Below are positions 46,785 to 48,276 of a stretch of 48,276 nucleotides of DNA, one piece after another. The notes under the pieces are model-generated. The model did no database searches. It was not told where the DNA came from and worked only from the letters and a program-made list of their open reading frames with translations. The stretch's first letter is position 1; the number at the start of each line of letters is the position of its first letter. The stretch comes from Anaerolineae bacterium (GTDB lineage: Bacteria > Chloroflexota > Anaerolineae > DTLA01), in the NCBI GenBank assembly GCA_029907165.1, contig JARYMK010000003.1, forward strand, positions 1-48,276, read 5' to 3'. Both the position numbers and the translations under genes were made by a program.

Positions 46785-47900
46785 TTACACTTCCCAAGGC
46801 CCCCGCAGCAACTGAACGACATCCTCCACCGCGACCTGGAAATACTCACGCATCGTTTTCTCGTCGCGCTCGTACTCCCCGCCGCCGGTTCCGTCGCCAA
46901 GACGTTCCCGTATCTCACGCGGCGTCAGGCTGTGGTAGTCGGTCCAGTCCACATCGGGCTTGCGTCCCGCGGTGTCGGGCGTCATCACGGGCCTGCGCTT
47001 CTCGGCCTGGTGGACCTCCTGCTCTCGCCTTGCGCGCTCCTCTGCTTCCGCGCGGTGCTGGGCCTCTTGCTGCCGTCTATTCTCTGCCTCTTGCAGTCCC
47101 GTCTGCAGTGCCGCGGCCATTTCCGCCGCGGTCTCATACCGCTCCCAACGGTCCTCCTGGAGCGCCTTCGCCAGAATGTCCTCCAACCACGATGGCACTG
47201 CAGGGTTCAGCGAACTGGCCCGCATCCCCGGCCGAACCCTCTGGTACTTCTTCTCCGTAAGCATCTCAAACAGCACACACCCCACCGTGTACAGGTCGCT
47301 GGCGGGGGTCAAGTACCCCAGCGTCCGATCCTGCTCCGGCGACCTGTACCCCAATGTCCCTGGATGTGGCTGTCCCGTTCCCATGGATCTTCCGCTCTCC
47401 CCCGTCTGCGCCAGCCCGAAGCCGGCCAATTTGGCGTGACCATCCTCGGTGAACAGGATGTTGCTGGGTTTGATGTCTCGGTGCACGATATCCAGTTTCT
47501 CGTGCGCCACCTCCAGCGCAGCCAGGACCTCCAGCGTTACGCGCACCGCCTCGTCCACCGGCAGGGGGCCTTTCTTCAGCCTGTCGGCTAGGGTTCCACC
47601 GCCGCAGTATTCCATGACGAGCAGGGTCTGGCCCTCGTGCTCTTCCACCGTCAACACGCGCACGACATTGGGCACATCCGCCTTGAAGATGCGGCCGCTG
47701 AGGCGGAGTTCGCGCTGGAAACGCGTCTCCAGTTCCTCGCGCTCCATGGGCGACAGGACGGGCAGGGGTTCCTTGATGGCGACCTCCAGCCCGCGTTTCA
47801 CCTCTTGCGCCAGCCACACGCGGGATTGCCCGCCTTCACCGAGCAGGCGGATGATTTCATACTTGCCGTTGCAAATGGTCTGTCCTTCATCAATAGGCAT
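46785..47900 (-). CDS. Hanks-type Ser/Thr protein kinase, possible pseudokinase (DFG->GFG)
   Basis: LGEGGQSRV, VAIKE, LVMEY, HRDIKPSNIL, KLAGFGLA, GTLGYRSPEQ and SDLY. Coiled-coil tail; GGAGG RBS before MPIDEG. Confidence 0.88.
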   Translation of the reverse strand: MPIDEGQTICNGKYEIIRLLGEGGQSRVWLAQEVKRGLEVAIKEPLPVLSPMEREELETRFQRELRLSGRIFKADVPNVVRVLTVEEHEGQTLLVMEYCGGGTLADRLKKGPLPVDEAVRVTLEVLAALEVAHEKLDIVHRDIKPSNILFTEDGHAKLAGFGLAQTGESGRSMGTGQPHPGTLGYRSPEQDRTLGYLTPASDLYTVGCVLFEMLTEKKYQRVRPGMRASSLNPAVPSWLEDILAKALQEDRWERYETAAEMAAALQTGLQEAENRRQQEAQHRAEAEERARREQEVHQAEKRRPVMTPDTAGRKPDVDWTDYHSLTPREIRERLGDGTGGGEYERDEKTMREYFQVAVEDVVQLLRGPWEV

Positions 47901-48126
47901 GGCGGACCCTCCGAAGGAAAACAAGAGGAATGGAACAGGTGAGCAACGATCGCAGTCGCCTTTTTGCCAACGAGATGCAGGACTCGGAGCCGATGGCGCA
48001 GGGTGAGATGTCACGGCGGTTGCACATAGCGGTTAGCGACAAGCGAACAAGCGTTGTCATGAATGTCCCCCGGCGCGAACGTTCTAGCATCATTAATATC
48101 ACATTCGGCACCCTGGTGCAAGGGAT

Positions 48127-48276
48127 TGTACTCGTTCAGTACCTTAGTGACACATCCTCCTTTCCCAGGATTCCATTGTGCACGAGGTACTGGAGTGGTG
48201 TCAAGTATCCCAACGCCTGGTGCGGCCTAACCGTGTTGTAGATCTCCTCCCATTCGCTCTGAGCGGCCCGTATCCC
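48127..48276 (-). mobile_element. Right end of an IS481-family-like insertion sequence (transposase C-terminus 48136-48276)
   Basis: Manual translation GIRAAQSEWEEIYNTVRPHQALGYLTPLQYL...SLRY* carries the integrase-core YN..RPH.AL...TP motif. The stop lies within a terminal sequence reading 5'-TGTACTCGTTCAGTACCTTAGTGACAC; TGT ends are typical of IS481. Not in the ORF track. Confidence 0.8.

Noticed and set aside
47890-48241. Short ORFs 47890-48111 (-) and 47930-48241 (+)
   Set aside because: They have no motifs and overlap the kinase promoter region and the IS end.

Overview
A GC-rich bacterial chromosomal window. Gene content suggests a monoderm Chloroflexota (Anaerolineae-like) genome; this is inferred from the Pro/Thr-rich lipoproteins, several GT-C glycosyltransferases and a T-box on thrS. 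From left to right it holds a two-subunit aconitase X resembling archaeal phosphomevalonate dehydratase, an orphan TrpD with a remodelled active site, an Fe-S aldo/keto reductase, an MsrP-like molybdoenzyme and a class II photolyase. A ~12 kb surface-glycosylation cluster follows (DUF4012, TMEM260-like DUF2723, GT2, two further GT-C enzymes and a Pro/Thr-rich anchored protein). Next come an SPFH protein, a large multidomain CHAP hydrolase broken by an internal deletion, a GlcD-like oxidoreductase, an MntA-HepT toxin-antitoxin pair with a frameshifted toxin, a QueG-like protein, T-box-regulated thrS, pfkB, argH and a polysaccharide-biosynthesis remnant. A ~9.7 kb probable beta-1,2-glucan utilisation locus (GH144-like x2, LacI, three permeases, DUF5696, NHL/TPR/Yip1) is cut inside genes at both ends. 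The window ends with a short WD40 lipoprotein, a Ser/Thr kinase with DFG changed to GFG and the right end of an IS481-like element. At least four families of short repeats are dispersed through it, one inserted in frame in a gene. No rRNA, tRNA or CRISPR array was seen. Several gene-breaking junctions could be assembly artefacts. All family calls come from motif recognition by eye, not database searches.
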